From the human T2T-CHM13v2.0 reference genome, Homo sapiens, in the NCBI RefSeq assembly GCF_009914755.1, contig NC_060928.1: 64,000 nucleotides of DNA; one strand, 5' to 3'. A model generated the notes under the pieces. It saw only the letters and a list, made by a program, of their open reading frames with translations, did no database searches and had not been told where the DNA came from. Positions 43,590 through 55,526 of the stretch are shown here, piece after piece (position 1 is the first letter of the stretch; each line of letters opens with the position of its first letter). The translations under genes and the position numbers were made by a program.

Positions 43590-45200
43590 AAGACTTGAGC
43601 AATACTATAAATCAACAAGATTTAACTTATAAAGAGCATTCCACCCAACAACAGCAGAATACATACTTTCCCAATGTATATTAAACATTCTTCAGGATAG
43701 GACACATGAAGATTATAAAACAAGTCTCAACAAAATTTTATAGTTTGAAACCATAAGAAGTGTCTTCTCTAACCCCAAGAAATAAAGCTAGAAATGAACA
43801 ACAGAAGGAAAACTGGAAAATTCTTAAATATTCAGAAATTAAACAACACAGTTTAAACAACTAGTGGGTGAAATAACAAATCGCAAAAGAAACTAGAAAA
43901 TGTTTAGAGATAAAAAACCTCAAAACAAACCAGATTTATGGGATGTAGGATATGTGGTACTCAGAGAAATATTTATGGCTGTAAATGCCTATATTAAAAA
44001 GAAGATCTCAATTAAATAACTTAACCTGCACCTTGAATAAATAGTTTTTAAAAAAGGGCAAAGTAAACTCAAGGCTAGCAGGACAGAAATAATCACAATT
44101 AGAGTGAAGATGTTAAGACATAAAACAGAAAATACAAGAAAAAGAAAGAGATTTAAGAAAAAAAATATTTATTTGACAAAATCAACAAGATTCACAAATC
44201 TTTTAGCTAAAGTGACTAAAAAAAGGGGAGAGGGAGAGAAGACTCAAACTGTTCAAATCATAAAGTGGAGACAATACTACCGACCATACAGAAATAAGAA
44301 AAAAATAAGAGATTATTATGAGAGATTTTATACCAAAAGATAGGCAACATAGATGAAATGGTCAAATTCTTAGAAACATGAAATATGTCATTATTAACTC
44401 AAGAAGAAATAGGAAATCTCAAAAGAACTATAACAAATAAAGAGATTAAGTCAGTGAATTTAAAACTTTAACAAAGAAAAACCCAGGACCAGATGGTTTC
44501 ATTGGTGAATTATACCAAACAAATACTTCCAAAAAACCAAATAGGAAAGGATACTTCCTAACTCATTCCTAACAGTTATAAGCCAGTATTACTTTGATTC
44601 CAAAGCCAAGGAAATTACAAGAAAAGAAAACAAAAGGCCTACATTGTAGAAGAATATAGGTATAAAAATCCTCAGCAAAGGACTAGCAAACTGAATCTAT
44701 CAGCATATTAGATTATACACTATGACCAAGTGGGATTTATTCCAGAAATGCAACAGAGGCCAAATAAATACAAATCAATAAATGTGATACATCATATTAA
44801 TAGAATAAAGGGGAAAACACATGGTCACCTCAACTGATGTAAAAAAATATGTTTGACATGTTTTCATGGAAAAACACTCAACAAACAAAGAACACAGGGA
44901 ATTTCCAGAACCTGATAAAGGGAATGTATAAAAAAACCCACAACTAACATAATACTCAAAGGTTCAACTTGGAATGATTTCCCCTAAGATGATGAATAAG
45001 ACAAAGATGTCCATCCTCTCCACATATATTCATCATTTTCCCGGAATTTCATAGAATTTACTGGCTATAGTAAGCAGACTAGAAAAAGAAAGGGCATCCA
45101 ATCTGGAATAGATGTGAAATTATCTCTGTTCACAAATATAACATGATAGTATATGTAGAAAATCCTAAATAATCCACAAAAATCTAACAGAGCAAATAAA
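43590..45200 (+). mobile_element. L1M ORF2 internal fragment (endonuclease to RT region)
   Basis: CAACAGCAGAATACATACTTT, AAACCCAGGACCAGATGGTTTCATTGGTGAATTATACCAAAC (PGPDGFIGELYQ), CAAGTGGGATTTATTCCAG (QVGFIP) and AATAAGACAAAGATGTCC. Confidence 0.85.
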
Positions 45201-47302
45201 TATTACATGGCCTAGTTGTGAATATCAATTACACAGTAACAATACTGTAAATACCAAACGCTGATCTAGCGGCAATTATACAATTAAAACACAATGGCAA
45301 GGATAAGGATTTCAGAATTGGGATACCTGAACTGGGGAGAAGAACAAGAGATAAATTCTTATGTTCTATAACAAGAAATCCATAAATAATGCCTAAAACT
45401 TGAAAAGAAAAAAAAATAGCCCTACAAACATGGTATTTAGAGTCCTGTTACTGAATATCAAAAAAAATGAGCTGAGAGAATTGTGAATATTCTTACTGGG
45501 AAAGCAGCAAGGCAGGGTCAAGATGGGTGCTAGGGAGTGCTCTTGATCTTCAAGTTCATAAGAATAATAGACTCCTTAAATTATGCACATGTAATAATTC
45601 AATTAAAAACAACATGAAAAATAATATGATAAGACAAATATACAAGGGCCAGAGCACTGTCACAGGAAAAAAAGAATGGGGCAAAATAGTTACATGAAAA
45701 CAGAACAGATCATTGATTGCATTTTGATCATGAATAATGACATTCTTCAGAGCAAGTATCAAGAAACACGAACCTCAAGGCTTATCTTTTTAAGAAAATA
45801 ATTGTGATTTTCAATGGCATATACTTTTAAAAACATACAGCTATTTTATCTAGAAGTGAAACAAAAATAAGTGTGGCAGAAAAAAGAAATGCCTGAAATG
45901 GAACAAAATGATGAGAAAAATACCTATCGAGCTTTCATAAAGAGAGATGGACTGCAGTATGCTTGTCACTTTCTATACTTGTGACAAATTGTTAAAAGTC
46001 ATAGGATATTTGGGGGAGGGGAATCAAACTGAATTATATATAATTAGATTTTTATACATGCCAGGTTAGATGCATTAAAATATTAACATTCTCATATATG
46101 TATGTATGTGTCATATACAATTCTGAGGAAAGGTACCACCTGCACTATAATCCTGAAGGAAATCATCATCTTCTCTTGCCATAGTATTTCAATCACTTGC
46201 TAACAAGGGTCACCATTGTAAACCTTGCCCAGCTTTAATTTAATCTCAAGAGTGCATAGAAGACAAATCACCAGCCTGTGCTAAAATATAACCTTTGGGC
46301 CTCCACTGATGACCCCATATATGATTGCAGCCCTTCTCTATTTATTCGACTCTTTTGTTCCTTTCCTGTTTTATTTCTCTGCTACACACTCATCATTAAT
46401 ACAAACATAAAACAAGTGACTAATTAAGACATAATATTTGTAATATCAAATTATTTTAGTTAATAATGTCAATGGTATTGTAATTTTCTATTGTTTTGAC
46501 TTTTGAAATAAATTATTTCATGGTTTAGCACTAAATTATTCATTTAGTTTTTCCACTGAATTCTTCCCTAATATAAATCATTCAATTAAGAATTATTCTA
46601 GTTGACCTTGTGTGTTTCAATATGTTGGGAATTAAATATAGACATTTATGTAAATTGTTATTAAAATGAAAGAATGAGTCATAATGTAAAAGCATTGCTA
46701 TGACACTTTATTTTCATTTTCAAAGAATTCAGTAGTGATGTAGCACAGAGCAATTCTAAAAATCATCCAAAAAATGATACAGGCAACCATATTATCCATC
46801 CAAAAATAATTCATGTTAGCACTTCCAAAATGTTTCAGATTGGATTGCACTAATATCTCATGAGATCTCTGTATTTTAGTTTTTTCATCTCTAAAACATG
46901 AGCATTGAAAATCATTTTTAGTTTTACTTTGAACTTAGCCTGTTTCCAACTCTAATATTTTATATTCCAGTAAATCAATTGCACTTTATTTCATGAAATT
47001 ACCAAAATTCCAAGTGCCATTCTCCCCTTTGTCTACTTTCCAGCTACACCAGATTTCTTTTCTCATTATATTCTCCTCCCTCTCTCTTTTCCCATTGTCT
47101 CTGTGGAGGAGACATATTTTCCCTTCCATTGTTCTTTTTGGAAACCCTCTAAGTTAGACTCATTGCAAGAACCCCTCCTCCCGAATGCCCACCTAACTTC
47201 CAATAAAACTTACATTCTTTTGCCTCTCTTTTTACTGGGCTAAGCTTGACAAATTCAAAGAAAATGGCTGTTTTGCCTTTCCTAATCCTCTACACAGTAG
47301 TA

Positions 47303-47560
47303 CACAAATACCATATGTTCTCACTTGTAAGTGGGAGTTAAATAATATGTACACGTGGAAATAGAGTGTGGAATAATAGACATCAATGACTGAGAGCGTT
47401 GGGAGGGTGGAGGGAGGGTCAAGGATGATAAATTATTTGATAGATACAATGTACACTATTCAAGTGACATTGATAACTACAAGCCCAGACTTTACCACTA
47501 TGCAATATATCGATGTAAGAAAACTGCACTTGTATTTCTTAAATTTATACAAACAAAAAA
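47303..47560 (+). mobile_element. L1PB-type 3' end
   Basis: ATGTTCTCACTTGTAAGTGGGAG...AAGCCCAGACTTTACCACTATGCAATATATCGATGTAAGAAAACTGCACTTGTA followed by an A tail. Confidence 0.85.
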
Positions 47561-48122
47561 TAGTTTTCACATCTGTGAACAAAAAATATAAATACTTAAA
47601 AAATTATTACACTAAAATACAAACATGGAAAAGTCAATATCAATTATAGGTTTTAAAAATAGACACATTAATAACCCATTGGGTGAAATACAAGCAGCCA
47701 TTGCATTTAAAATTAAAAATATTGTGTAGCAATAAAGAGTATTTATTATTAAGTAACAATGGAGGAAACATTATATTGATATAATCTGATCATATAGGTG
47801 TCCAATTAAAAATTTTTAAAATCACCTGATTGCCCAAAAAGTAAAAGCTAAATTTCTGCTCCCAGGCTGTCTTTCCAGCATCATTTTTCACCACATGAAC
47901 ACTGCACCTATGCTCTTCCAGACTAACACCGGGCACCTATACAGGTTAACATTTCTCTACTTTTGAATGTCTTGTTTTCTCTTGTTCTGATGTCATTCCC
48001 AAATTTCAGTTTCTACATATCTATTGTCTAACTTTTAAGATTAAAGAGTTTCAGTTTCTGAGTTGTTTTACTTAAGATAATTGCCTACAGTTCCATCCAT
48101 GTTGCTATAAAATACAAGATTT

Positions 48123-48710
48123 TGACATTGACAAGAGGTAGCCAAATGACTAGGCAGATAAGGGTGGGTCCTTGGTGAAATCCCACCTTCAAGCCCAAAA
48201 ACAGCCTGAAGGCTGACAGACCAGACTTCTGGTCCTAGATGAAACCTGCAACCCAGACAGAGAACTTCTATTCCTGTTTGCCCACCCTTTCCGGATTGAT
48301 ACTTTCTGAAAAAAACCTTTTGAACAATCAAATGTTGCCTTTTCCAATACTACCTACAGCCTGCCCCTCCCCCATTCTGAGCTCATAAAAGCCCAAGACT
48401 CAGCCACATTGAGGGGACTCTCCCACTTTCGGGTAGGGGGACCATTTCCACATCCCATCTCTGCTAAAAGCTGTTTTATCACTCAATAAAATTCCCCACT
48501 TTGCTCACTTTTTGATTTTCAGCACATCTTTATACTTCTTGGGCATGGAACAAGAACTCGGGAACCCGTGAGCAAGCCAGACTCAGCCCATGATGGCCAA
48601 GAGTGCAGGCCGTCTCCTGCAGCATGCAGTGTGGCTGAGTAAGTCCCACGTGGGGGACACTGGCCGGAGGTCTCCAGCTTGCAAAGTGACCAAGAAAAAA
48701 TCCTGTGTCA
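48123..48710 (+). promoter_or_regulatory. 5' LTR (LTR27-like)
   Basis: TG...CA termini, a TATA-like CATAAAA near 48384 and AATAAA near 48485. Confidence 0.75.
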
Positions 48711-48861
48711 TTTTAGGGTCTTGCCCAGGATACCTGAGGGGGGCACTTTTTCCTGACACTTCTTGCCCTCAGATTTTCTATTGAAGGCAGATGAAGCACC
48801 AAATCTCTGACTAGCCAATTGAAAAAGAATGCACAACTATAGAGGATGGGGTGTGACCCTG

Positions 48862-48863
<2 letters not shown>

Positions 48864-48909
<46 letters not shown>
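48864..48909. repeat. (TC)n microsatellite within the ERV leader
   Basis: About 22 TC units with one interruption. Confidence 0.92.
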
Positions 48910-51900
48910 GATGAAAGGAATGTTGGCTTTGTTTCCCTTCATGGAGGTCTAGCCATTGTGTGAGACCAGAATAAGACCCTGGGACAACTGATGGGATCTG
49001 GCTGAGGCCACACGGTGGTGTTGCCAGAAGGTCCCTGAACTGGTTCCATCCCCACCGCCCGTTAGGGCATCAACCAAGACCCTCAGTCTTTTCTATGACA
49101 TGTTTCCTTACGTCTTTCATGGTTTGAAATGGCTCCTATCTCTTTTTTTAATAATGTTAAAGGTATTGCTGCAAACAGCAGAGATATTTCTGGGTAGAAT
49201 GAGCATTCAGCCCAACCATCAGATAATGCAATTCAGAACAATACGGTTTCCATCTGGCATGGAGGGTACAGTGATTAAGAGTTTTTCTCCTGTTGGAGGA
49301 ACCCATTTGCATAAAGTAAGAGGAGGCATTTTCCCTCAGGCATTTTCCCTGCCCTGCACTTAAGCTGTTTTATTTTCTTTTCTCCACATGTGAGGAGTTA
49401 ACATAGCCATGTGAACACAGGGAGCTTTTGTATGCAAGAGTTTGTTTTTGTTTTTTTTTAATTTCCTTTTGAAAGGCATCTTATTAGGCCAGGACCCCCA
49501 GTTCACCAGTTCACTAGACTCCCTAACTTAATGAGTCCTTGCACCTTTCTGAGGTACCCCTTTGTCCCAAACTCAATTCCAAGCTTTGGATTGAAGCCTT
49601 AGGAAAAAAAAAAAAAGAAAAGAAAAAACTGGATCTGAGGGATCCAGAGACAGATGACCATGGAAGTCAAGGGGCACAGTGCAGATGAGCATGACTAATT
49701 CTTGCTGATTACCACCCCAACACCATTTCATGGACAGAGGTCATGCTAGCATCCATGGCACACATGAGACTACCAATAGCGGGGAGGATAGGCAATGTAT
49801 AGGTGAATGGGGATAATTCCTACCCTCTAGACCCTCTAGACCCTCTAGACCTCCCTGTTTCACATGGATGAAGGCCACATTGACACCCATTGACAGCAAC
49901 CAGCCAAGGTCACCAGGCCTCTGGGATATAAAGAGGGAAGAAAGAAAGAAAATGCATTTTCTTTCTCTCTCGTGTACCCCAGATATTCACTGGGAAGAGA
50001 AAGAAGCTAAGGGATGCCTTTTTCCCCTCTTTCCAGATGGGTAACCAGCCATCTTCAGTCTGTAATTCTCTTGAAGGCATCTTGAATCACTGGAACTCCT
50101 TTGAAAAAAAAACACCTTCTTTTTCTGTTTCCTCCTCTATCCTCTTTTCATAAATGGGTAATTGTATCCCCATACCACAGCACGCTTCCCTCGGATGCAT
50201 CCTCAGAACTGGGAGAAGTTTAATTTCCCCAAACATTAAACTGTTTGGCTTAAAAATGAACTGGGAAGAAATTTTAGATCTAAATGAGCAAATTTATTGA
50301 GAAGGGACAACTTTTACACTATGCAAATAACCTATTTGTCTGCTTCCCCTTCACAAGACTCCAGGGTAGATAGGGCTCCATAGCTCAGGGGAGGGAAACC
50401 CATAAGTCTGACATGCTGGCAAAAAGGTAAATGTGTTTTGTTTGTTTGTTTGTTTTGTTTTTGTTTTGAGTTTTTACCAGTCAAGACTCCTGCCCTCCCT
50501 CTCTCTGTGCAACCTGGTAAAATAAATTATAAAAATCAGTTTGTATCCTCTGTAACGTTTTGATTAATGGAAACAATGGATTTGTGAGGCTAGTCTGAAG
50601 CTGTAGTGAATCTGTTGTACTTTTGCTAAGAATCTATCCTTCTGTATCCTTCTAACAGAAAGAGGAATACCTTAGGATAAAATGTGGTTCTAGGACTGCA
50701 TAAGCCTGCTGGTCAAGCCAGTCCAGCAAACTAGTCAGTAACGAACTTTGCTGCAGGTGTCCATCTTGTTTCATGTTCTTGGGAGCTTAACCGTGTAACA
50801 TGGTAGTACTTTGTTTTGGTCTCTGCCATTTTACAATGGCAGTCAGGGTTCAAGCCTGGCTTAGGGGATGAGTACTTTCTGGTTAATATCATTTGCTGGT
50901 TCTCTTTCCCTCCATGAACAACTTCTAGCTTCTGTTCTTAAATCCTTCTTTTTCTGAGCTACCTATAAAGATTCCAGGTTTTGTAAAAACTGCTTACCAC
51001 ATCTTTGGAAATACCTCACACACTTGTGGTTAAGTCATAACCTTAGTTGAGGATTGTTGGTTTCACCTGTAAGGTTACTTTTGATCCAGTTCAAAAGCCA
51101 GAAATATCAGCCACTTGGCATGGCTAAGGTCAGCTAGTAAGGGATTTAAAAGGATTTTCTTAAAGAGCAGTATGGTTAAAGTCAGCACAATTAAAAGTGG
51201 ATATCTAAGTTATAGGTATATTTAAAAGGCCTTTATGTTTTTCTTTTCTTGGACCTTGTTTTGCTGGAAAGTTTTTTTTTTTTTTTCAGTCAACTTAATT
51301 ACTTCTCTTCATTTTCACTCGACACTCTTGATGCATGTGTGAGAGGTCCTAAGATAACTTCCGAGAGCATGGGACTCCTTAAGAAAAACAGAAGATGCCA
51401 CAGAGCTCGTTTTGGGAAAAATCCTCTGTTTTCCTTATGGAAACCCAGGAATTAAAAGCAGATAGATCCCTCTCAGATTTTGTTTGTGTCTTCCAGCTAT
51501 ATCTGCTTATCAGGCCCTAGAAACTGCATGTTTGGATAACCTGTTTTGTGAAGGTCTCCACCATGAGGCCAGTAATGCAGGTAGATGATTGCCAAATGAG
51601 AAAATCTTACAACTACTGAATCTTCTTCTGTCTGTGTAGTTTTATATATATTATGTGTGTGATGTTTACATAAAAAAGATCTCTAATTAGTTGGCTTAGA
51701 GAAAAATAATCACTTAGATTAAATATTGTAGAAGAAAAAATAAAAGCTGTAATGCCTTGCAGTTCATGTGACTTTAATCTTTGAGAAATAAAAACAGTTT
51801 TAAAGATTATTGGTAAAATACAAATGTCTTCAAAATTTAAATCTGTAGTCTAAATTATGCATCTCAAATACTACGTTCTCTAAATGCTTTAAGGTTGCAA

Positions 51901-54545
51901 ACTGCTTCTTTGGCTTTTGAAAATTGTTCAACCCACCTGCTTTACAGTTTGGTAAGGCCTGGGGACATAGAGAATTAACCATGCCCCTAACTGTGCTAGA
52001 AGGAGTCAAATCTTAGCTACACATAGGACATAACTACAATAACTTATCAGGTTTTACAATAAAAATGAAAATCGCTAAGAGTTACCATTATAACATGTAA
52101 TTGAATCTGAAGAAGTTGAGTTGCATGAAAATAGATTTACAAGAAAGTTGTGTAAGGAAAGTGAGATGTGTTTTTACTAAAACATTATAAGAAGGCATGG
52201 GAATAAAATTTTGCCTAATTTAGAAGGTTAAAGGATTGTTTTAAATTGGATAAGATAAAGCTGAAGGTTTAAGCAAGTTGTGGAAGCTTTGTCAAATTTA
52301 ATCTTGCAAAAGAAATTCTGTGTGTGAACATACTGACTAAATTCAAAAGGGTGTTATATGGTTTTTCCATAAACTGAGCATTGAAATAAAAGCACTACAA
52401 GTTTTTCTTAAGGCACTGATCTGTTCTTTAACAAAAATTTCTGAAGTTTATAAAAGATTACAGGAATCTCACCCCATAGTCAAACTGGTCAGATTGGATA
52501 GAATTATCTATAAGGTTTCATTTAAAAAATTGGGGTTGACATTAACAGTAGACTAACGCAAGGGTGAAATTTGGCTTTTCCTCCCTAAAACAAGATTTCC
52601 ACATAATAATAAAGGACAATGAAATATTTTTGTTTGCTTTTTATATAAACTACTAAAAATGGGTGAAGATGTTTGGAAAGCTAAGTCTTCCCACATAATG
52701 GGTAAAGGTTTTTGCCTTTAAAATTTTTTTGAGTCATTATTTTGGCTAAATAAATGACTTATGGTAATCTGGTATTCTATTTCATAATATCAAGTGTTTT
52801 AAACCTATAATATATGTAACAGGCTTCCCAAAATCAAACTTCCCCTTCAAAAATGGTCTTTTCTGACCCCCAAATTTTGGATGCTATACAGGGCCCCTGG
52901 AACATTCAAAAGAGAGGTGAACAGGATTATTTGATGTGTTTAGTTACATGGGATTGCTAAAACAAAAGTAAAGCTTAATCTTCTTCAGGTTATATTCTAG
53001 TGAGTAATATCAATTTATGTTCCCAAACTGTATGGGATTTCTAAAATTTTAATGTCTGAGTATATGCTATCGATCATAATTAAGGTTATCATGTTAAGTT
53101 ATTGTAAACCACAGAAATAATCAAATTTCTTTGTCAACTTTTATTTTTTTGATGGTAACTACCCTGGACATTTTGTCATTCACAGACAATTATTGCCTTG
53201 CATTGATTCTTTTCCAAACATGGTTTATAATCAGCTATAGGACTTTGACAGGTACTTTTAAATGCAGGTGTCTGATATCTTTAAAGATTATGACATTGGA
53301 ATAAAGGAAAAATGTATAGGACTTATGAAGAGCTGAAATGCCCATAAATATCTAGTAGAACAAGAGTTAACTGAATGGTGTGAACAACAGAAAACTGAAG
53401 TAATCTTTTGTAACTCTGCTTAAAACATTGCTGATCCTTTTTTTGTTTTCCAGAGTCAGTGGAACTTTCCTTTTGAGCTTTCTACAGCATTTAACAATTG
53501 AGTAATGTATACACCTGTGAACAAAATTTGGAGCATGTTTGTTTCTCTGTGCCTGGTTTATCTAGAATTTGGAAGGTATTTGTGAGTATTCTTAACTTAT
53601 GGCAATATAGTTATTTGAATCAGTGCAATAAGAATCCATTTTCTTCTGCAACAGGACACATTGGAGACTTGTTGTTTTACCAAGGCTTTGACTGGAAGGG
53701 TCTGCTCCCCTTTAAAGAATCAGTCTTGACTTGCAGAGCCAATGAAAGTCCCTTGGGAAAACTGGCTTCATACTTTGGCTACACAGTCATTGTACAGGTT
53801 TCTTAACTTGTGGTGAGTAAAGAATGTCACTTTCTTACAGCCCCAGGAACACCATGTTATCTTGGGAATCTCAGAAAGAGAGTAATTTGCCCAACTCATA
53901 TGTGTTTGGGGGCACAAACCCATGGCTGGGCTTGGTTTTAAAAGGTCTCATCTGAGATTCCTTGTAGAACAGAGTTCCATCAAAGCCAATTTAAAAAGCC
54001 TATGTGAAAAATCATTGTTTTTGCTGCACATTATGAGAATGAGCAGGACAAGTATAAGTCTAAAATTTATTTTGCAAACAACACTGTCTAATCATGATTT
54101 GTTTTTGACAAAAATGAGAACTGGAGAAAGAATAATTATGTTTCAAAATGTGTACAGTTGTCATTGTTTTTAAGTTAGTTGTTTTTAAGTTTTTGCCTAC
54201 ATTTTAGACTAAACCTACTTATTTCTGTAAACCAACCAGGAATCTCAAGCTGCAGCTCGAAGGAAACAAAAGGGAGGGGTAATGTAAAAATCTAGATCAA
54301 TATTCTAATTCTGAGCAATTATCCTGCAAAACCTGCCAGGCGATTGAAGTAAATGGGGTGTCCATAACCCAGAGGTTTCTTTTTATGGGAAAATAAAACC
54401 AAAGAAACTGACAAAAGCCAAGCCTCATGCACATAATTCTTAGCAGACATAACAGTTATCTGAGCATGTCAGCAGCCCCAGCATTTTAAATCTTTCCTTG
54501 CTGCCTTGTTGCATTTTGATACATGTCTTCATGTACCAAACCCAG

Positions 54546-54659
54546 TTTGTCTCTTCTCACCTTCATGCCATCAAATGCCAAACGGTCATGCAACTGGAGC
54601 CTCAAACAATGGCTCCCTTTTACTGGGGACCCTTAGACAGGCCTTTGAGGGAGATCTGA
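54546..54659 (+). pseudogene. env cytoplasmic-tail remnant of the ERV
   Basis: FVSSHLHAIKCQTVMQLEPQTMAPFYWGPLDRPLREI* matches the class I Env tail motif (VSSRIEAIKLQMV...GPLDRP) and sits just before the PPT. Confidence 0.75.
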
Positions 54660-54763
54660 CTGCCATTTTTCCAAAGCAGTGCCCCCTGTCAGCAGGAAGC
54701 AGTTAAGATTGGTCTTCATCCCTAAACTAATGGCAGTTAGATGTACCTCTTCAGAGGGGGGAA

Positions 54764-55138
54764 GTAGGACAGGAGGCAGCTAAATGCCTAGGTAGTTAGG
54801 AACAGGTTCCTGACAAAACCCCATCTTCAAGCCAAAAAAACAGCTTGAAGGCTGGCAGAGCAGACTGCTGGTCACAGATTAAACCTGCAACCCAGAGTGA
54901 GAACTTTACTCAATAAACTCCGCAACTTGCTCACTTTTAGATTGTCAGCATATCCTTATTTTTCTTCGGCATGGGACAAGAACTCAGGTGCTGGTGCACA
55001 AGCCAGACTCAGCCAAGCTGGGACTAATGGGCTGGCTGTCTCCTGCAGCAGGTAGCATGGCTGAGCGAGGCCTAGGCTGGGTGTCACTGGCCAGAGGTCC
55101 CAGGCTTGCAAAGTGATCAGGAAGAAAATCCTGCATCC
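54764..55138 (+). mobile_element. 3' LTR with an internal deletion of about 215 bp
   Basis: Aligns to the 5' LTR but jumps from GAGAACTT directly to TACTCAATAAA. Confidence 0.85.
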
Positions 55139-55428
55139 ATTTCATTCTTTTTTATGGGTGAATAATATTACATTTATATAATACCTCAAAAAATGTAAGA
55201 CGCATGCTGCTTTAAAACTTGCAATTTTTGACCAGTGAAAGCTCAACATGATGTTATGAATTCTGTTATTAGGAGACAGACATATTATCGTATATTACTA
55301 ATTTAAGAGCAACAATTTGTGTGAGAGCATTTTTGGAAACTTTATTGGCTTGATGACATTTCTTGTGCTATGAGAATTGAGAAATATCATAGAACAGACT
55401 CAGAGGGAGAAAAAAAATTCAGATAACT

Positions 55429-55526
55429 GAGTTTACTAGATTTAGCAAAAACAAGAAACTAGACACCCAGTTAAATTTGAATTTCAGATAAATCAAAAAT
55501 ATTATTTTTTAGTATAAGAATGATCC
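55429..55526. mobile_element. MER53 half element (hAT)
   Basis: AGATTTAGCAAAAA...GACACCCAGTTAAATTTGAATTTCAGATAAA...TTTTTTAGTATAAG matches one arm of palindromic MER53. Confidence 0.75.

Larger units (their letters stand above)
48123..55138 (+). mobile_element. Two-LTR ERV1 provirus (LTR27-like LTRs, MER4-group internal region), non-coding, about 7.0 kb
   Basis: Two homologous LTRs, a degenerate tRNA-Pro PBS (AGGGTCTTGCCCAGGAT near 48715) and a PPT AGAGGGGGGAA at about 54753. The 4-bp TSD ATTT lies at 48119-48122 and 55139-55142. The interrupted antisense L1 fragment resumes after the 3' LTR. Confidence 0.88.

Noticed and set aside
49822-49848. (ACCCTCTAG)x3 and other short tandem pairs (42896-42946, 56021-56075, 56843-56872) as CRISPR-like arrays
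   Set aside because: There are no unique spacers, only 2-3 units each, and the context is eukaryotic, so these are ordinary slippage duplications.
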